This document shows positions 34,851 through 37,579 of a stretch of DNA of 37,579 bases, piece by piece. Source of the DNA: a virus (lineage: Duplodnaviria > Caudoviricetes); the IMG/VR virus record IMGVR_UViG_3300025637_000029, positions 1 to 37,579 of that record; one strand, given 5' to 3'. The notes under the pieces were generated by a model that was not told where the DNA came from, did not search any database, and worked only from the letters and a program-made list of their open reading frames with translations. How positions within the stretch are numbered: the stretch's first letter is position 1; each line of letters begins with the position of its first letter. A program made the translations under genes and the position numbers.

Positions 34851-36068
34851 TTATTTATTCTTTAATTTTTCTTTTACTCTTTTAACCTTTTGATCCAAAG
34901 ATTCTTCAAATATAATTGTTATACCTTTATCATATTGGTTACCTGCTACAGTCTTTTTACCTCTCGGATCAGCTATGCGATATTTTTTTGCTAATTTCAT
35001 AGCTTGGGGTGTACCTTGTTTAACTCTAATAACACCGTTCATAGGTTGTATCGTATTCTTATTGTGATCTGTTTTATGACATTTAGCCATAATACCGTGT
35101 CCACCTTTCTTCATCTTACCGTGACCAGTTAAACCAGCATTATCTCGTCTATGGTTCGGTGTTGATATTTTACTATTAAATAGATTCTTAAAACTAGTTT
35201 TTTCCGAAGTTAATCGTGTTTTAAGAACTGCGTTAAGTTGTTCAAATTCATTATGGGATAGTTTATTATCATCTCCGATAATGTTTTTAATCTTTTTATA
35301 TAAATCTAAATAATAATATCGTTCTAGTAGTTTAAATACGACGTTTCCAGGTAACCTAGTCTTGATGCCGTATTTTTTAATCTCAGATGGGGTCATTTCT
35401 TTTGAGAATGATCTATTTCTCATATCACGAACTTCGTCATATACTTCTGATAAATCGGAAATGTTGCGATTTAGTTCCATTAATTCTTTATTTAACTTTA
35501 ACTTTAATCCAGCTAAATCTTCCGTAGATATATCTTTTAAAATCTCATAATCGATCATGTTTCTTCTCAATTCTTCACTAAAATCTGAGAATTGGTCTAC
35601 ATGTTTTTTAAAATCATCTATATACTCATCGATGTTAATTGATTTTGATGAAGATCTTTTAATCCATTCATCATTTTCTACATCGTACATCGCTTCAGTA
35701 TTATCAGTATTATATTTTTCTTTAGTTATATAATACTGAAATGGGTGAGGTACCCCTTTTATATACGTTTCATCAATTTCGTCCCATATTGGTTTAAGTA
35801 GTATTTTCAATTGATCTTCTGTATATAGTCCAGAATTAACTCGAACGAAAATATCAATATCAGAATCTTTAGTATATTGCTTAGTTAGAATACTTCCTTT
35901 AATAAAGAATTCTGTAACTGAAATCTTTTTATTGATTAAATTTACATCATCTAATATTTTTTGACGAATCCTATCTTTTAATTTAGGATTATTGATTTTA
36001 TGATCATCAAAAACGAATTTTGAGTAGCTTTCGAGAGATTGGTCAATTACTGATTCGAATATATTCAT
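34851..36068 (-). CDS. Pol-beta superfamily nucleotidyltransferase, late-expressed
   Basis: IKGSI....Y...SDIDIFV (hGS...DhD motif), helical bundle, GNVVFKLLER; basic C-terminal extension. Confidence 0.8.
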   Translation of the reverse strand: MNIFESVIDQSLESYSKFVFDDHKINNPKLKDRIRQKILDDVNLINKKISVTEFFIKGSILTKQYTKDSDIDIFVRVNSGLYTEDQLKILLKPIWDEIDETYIKGVPHPFQYYITKEKYNTDNTEAMYDVENDEWIKRSSSKSINIDEYIDDFKKHVDQFSDFSEELRRNMIDYEILKDISTEDLAGLKLKLNKELMELNRNISDLSEVYDEVRDMRNRSFSKEMTPSEIKKYGIKTRLPGNVVFKLLERYYYLDLYKKIKNIIGDDNKLSHNEFEQLNAVLKTRLTSEKTSFKNLFNSKISTPNHRRDNAGLTGHGKMKKGGHGIMAKCHKTDHNKNTIQPMNGVIRVKQGTPQAMKLAKKYRIADPRGKKTVAGNQYDKGITIIFEESLDQKVKRVKEKLKNK

Positions 36069-36074
36069 TTTAAA

Positions 36075-36082
36075 TATTTATA
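36075..36082 (-). promoter_or_regulatory. T4-type late promoter TATAAATA
   Basis: Minus strand TATAAATA-TTTAAA-ATG(36068). Confidence 0.8.
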
Positions 36083-36103
36083 AATTTCTAGTAAATAGAC
36101 AAT

Positions 36104-36132
36104 AAAAAAAACCTCTCCGAAGAGAGGTTTTT
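36104..36132 (-). terminator. Intrinsic terminator with cUUCGg tetraloop
   Basis: Minus strand AAAAACCTCTC-TTCG-GAGAGGTTTTTTTT downstream of ORF 36156; UUCG loops are typical of T4-like phages. Confidence 0.9.
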
Positions 36133-36155
36133 AGTAAATTAATGTTTAATATAAA

Positions 36156-36656
36156 TTAAGAACCTTTAGTTGTCTTATATTTAAGTTCGGTTGGTTTTTC
36201 GCGCTTTACAAACTTATATTGTTTTTCTTCACCATCTTTGGTTTGTGAATCATAATCTAAATCACCAGTTTTAGTGGATGCTTTACCTGATTTTGTTTTA
36301 GAGCGAACACTCTCAGCATCTGGTGCAGACTGTGTTTCAACAGCTTCTTCTTCTAGTTCTTCGATGTCAGATACATCTTCATCGCCGAAAGCGTCGAAAT
36401 CTTCTTCGTCTTCTTCATCTTCTTCTTCTTCTCCTTCAACTTGAGAAAGGATATCACGAAGGACTTCAACTTGATCAACTGTGAGTGTGACTGTAACTTC
36501 TTCGCTACCCTCTTCAGTATCTTCGATCTCATCGATATCATTTTCATAATCATCGATAATATCTTCCCCTTGGTCACCGAAAAGATTGTCATCTTCAACA
36601 GCTTCTTTATAAAGGCGTTCGAATTTTTGCATAAATGATGTTGTTTGTTTTTTCAT
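36156..36656 (-). CDS. Highly acidic late protein (prohead core/internal-protein-like)
   Basis: E/D-rich tracts, N-terminal FMQKFERLYKEA, late box upstream and terminator downstream. Confidence 0.75.
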   Translation of the reverse strand: MKKQTTSFMQKFERLYKEAVEDDNLFGDQGEDIIDDYENDIDEIEDTEEGSEEVTVTLTVDQVEVLRDILSQVEGEEEEDEEDEEDFDAFGDEDVSDIEELEEEAVETQSAPDAESVRSKTKSGKASTKTGDLDYDSQTKDGEEKQYKFVKREKPTELKYKTTKGS

Positions 36657-36679
36657 AAATAAATTTATTTGATTTTAAT

Positions 36680-36715
36680 TATTTATATTTTGAATCGATT
36701 TTTTTTTTATAAATA
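36680..36715. promoter_or_regulatory. Back-to-back divergent late promoters
   Basis: TATAAATA on minus (36680-36687) and on plus (36708-36715, 6 nt before ATG 36722). Confidence 0.8.
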
Positions 36716-36721
36716 ATATAA

Positions 36722-37579
36722 ATGTCTAAAATAAATTATAATAAATTGATACGTAAGGTTAATGAGAGTTATATTGGTGATAAAGTTGTCCCGTATATGG
36801 GTAATAATAGTTTACCTGACCCAAAATCAACATTTGAATACGATGTAGATAGAGTTAAGATTATTAAAAAGTGTCATAGGGATATTTTATTTTTTGCTGA
36901 AAATTTCTTTTATATTATATCAGCAGGTAAAAAACAAAAGATAGAATTAAGAGATTATCAAAAAGATGGCTTAAATCTTTTTCAAGATAATAATAAGACT
37001 ATATTTAACACATCTAGACAGATGGGTAAATCTACATTGATGACAATTTATGTTTTATGGATGGTTACTTTTTTCGAATATAGAAAAGTTTTAGTTGTGG
37101 CGAATAAAGCTGATACCGCAAAAGAGATATTGGGTCGTATTAAATTAGCTTACGAAGAATTACCTAATTGGTTAAAACCTAGTGTTAACTCTTGGAATAA
37201 ACAATCTGTTGAATTTAAAAATGGTTCGGATATTAAAATTTCAGCTACATCAGCTGATGCTGCCCGTGGTCAGTCGCTGAACTGCTTAGTCGTGGATGAA
37301 GTTGCTCATATCGATGATCACGTCCTTGAAGAATTTTGGTCAGCTGTTTACCCAACTATATCGAATGATCCGAACGCTAGAATATTGATGGCATCTACCC
37401 CTAATGGTGTAGGTAACTTGTTTCATGAATTATGGGAGAATTCTCAAAATGACGGTAGCTCGTGGGGTTCGTTAGAGGTTTTGTGGAATAGTATACCAGG
37501 TCGAGGTAAAGATTGGGCTGATGAAAAGCGTAGGGATTTAGGTAATGAGAAATTCGAACAAGAGTATGAATGTAAATTC
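36722..37579 (+). CDS. gp17: Terminase large subunit gp17 (5' part, truncated by window; not in ORF track)
   Basis: My translation contains LRDYQ, SRQMGKST, VANKADTAKEILGRIKLAYEELPNWLKP, ARGQS...VVDEVAH, ASTPNG, FEQEYEC. Confidence 0.95.
   Translation, partial: MSKINYNKLIRKVNESYIGDKVVPYMGNNSLPDPKSTFEYDVDRVKIIKKCHRDILFFAENFFYIISAGKKQKIELRDYQKDGLNLFQDNNKTIFNTSRQMGKSTLMTIYVLWMVTFFEYRKVLVVANKADTAKEILGRIKLAYEELPNWLKPSVNSWNKQSVEFKNGSDIKISATSADAARGQSLNCLVVDEVAHIDDHVLEEFWSAVYPTISNDPNARILMASTPNGVGNLFHELWENSQNDGSSWGSLEVLWNSIPGRGKDWADEKRRDLGNEKFEQEYECKF

Noticed and set aside
36340-36440. (TCT)n-like tandem repeats
   Set aside because: Simply encode the Glu/Asp-rich tract of ORF 36156-36656
45-36638. 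Many short ORF-track entries antisense or out-of-frame within long genes (e.g. 45-350, 1711-1911, 8546-8812, 15816-16055, 24192-24446, 36353-36598)
   Set aside because: They are shadows of motif-supported genes, with no promoters or motifs of their own
1-37579. CRISPR array, tRNA or rRNA genes
   Set aside because: No repeat-spacer periodicity or cloverleaf seen; intergenic gaps are short and explained by promoters and hairpins (by eye only; tRNAscan not run)
1-37579. Stop-codon reassignment
   Set aside because: Core genes are full length in the standard code, and TAA, TAG and TGA all serve as stops at tight gene junctions

Overview
AT-rich, gene-dense segment of a large, highly divergent T4-like (Tevenvirinae-type gene set) dsDNA bacteriophage, readable in standard code 11. 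It carries most of the replication/recombination module: gp46/gp47, UvsW/UvsY/UvsX, family B polymerase gp43, gp41 helicase, gp32 SSB, gp45 clamp, RNase H-like 5' nuclease and gp61 primase. It also has the late sigma factor gp55, a gp14-like neck protein and the 5' part of the gp17 terminase, which runs off the window end. Woven through the replication genes is a sugar-modification kit: about five glycosyltransferase-like genes, an FkbM methyltransferase, and RmlA + RmlB + an NRS/ER-type epimerase/reductase. Three things stand out. (1) Both sigma70-type promoters and T4 late boxes (TATAAATA) repeatedly sit 6-7 nt before an ATG with no Shine-Dalgarno, implying leaderless expression. (2) Several late-promoter genes share N-terminal (I/L)xE leader-like segments and include an orphan HicA-like RNase, a Pol-beta-fold nucleotidyltransferase and a pre-toxin-like protein, a candidate set of capsid-packaged, injected effectors. 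(3) There are structured non-coding elements: a gp32 leader, two long perfect palindromes and a candidate origin. All homology calls come from motif recognition by eye; no searches were run.
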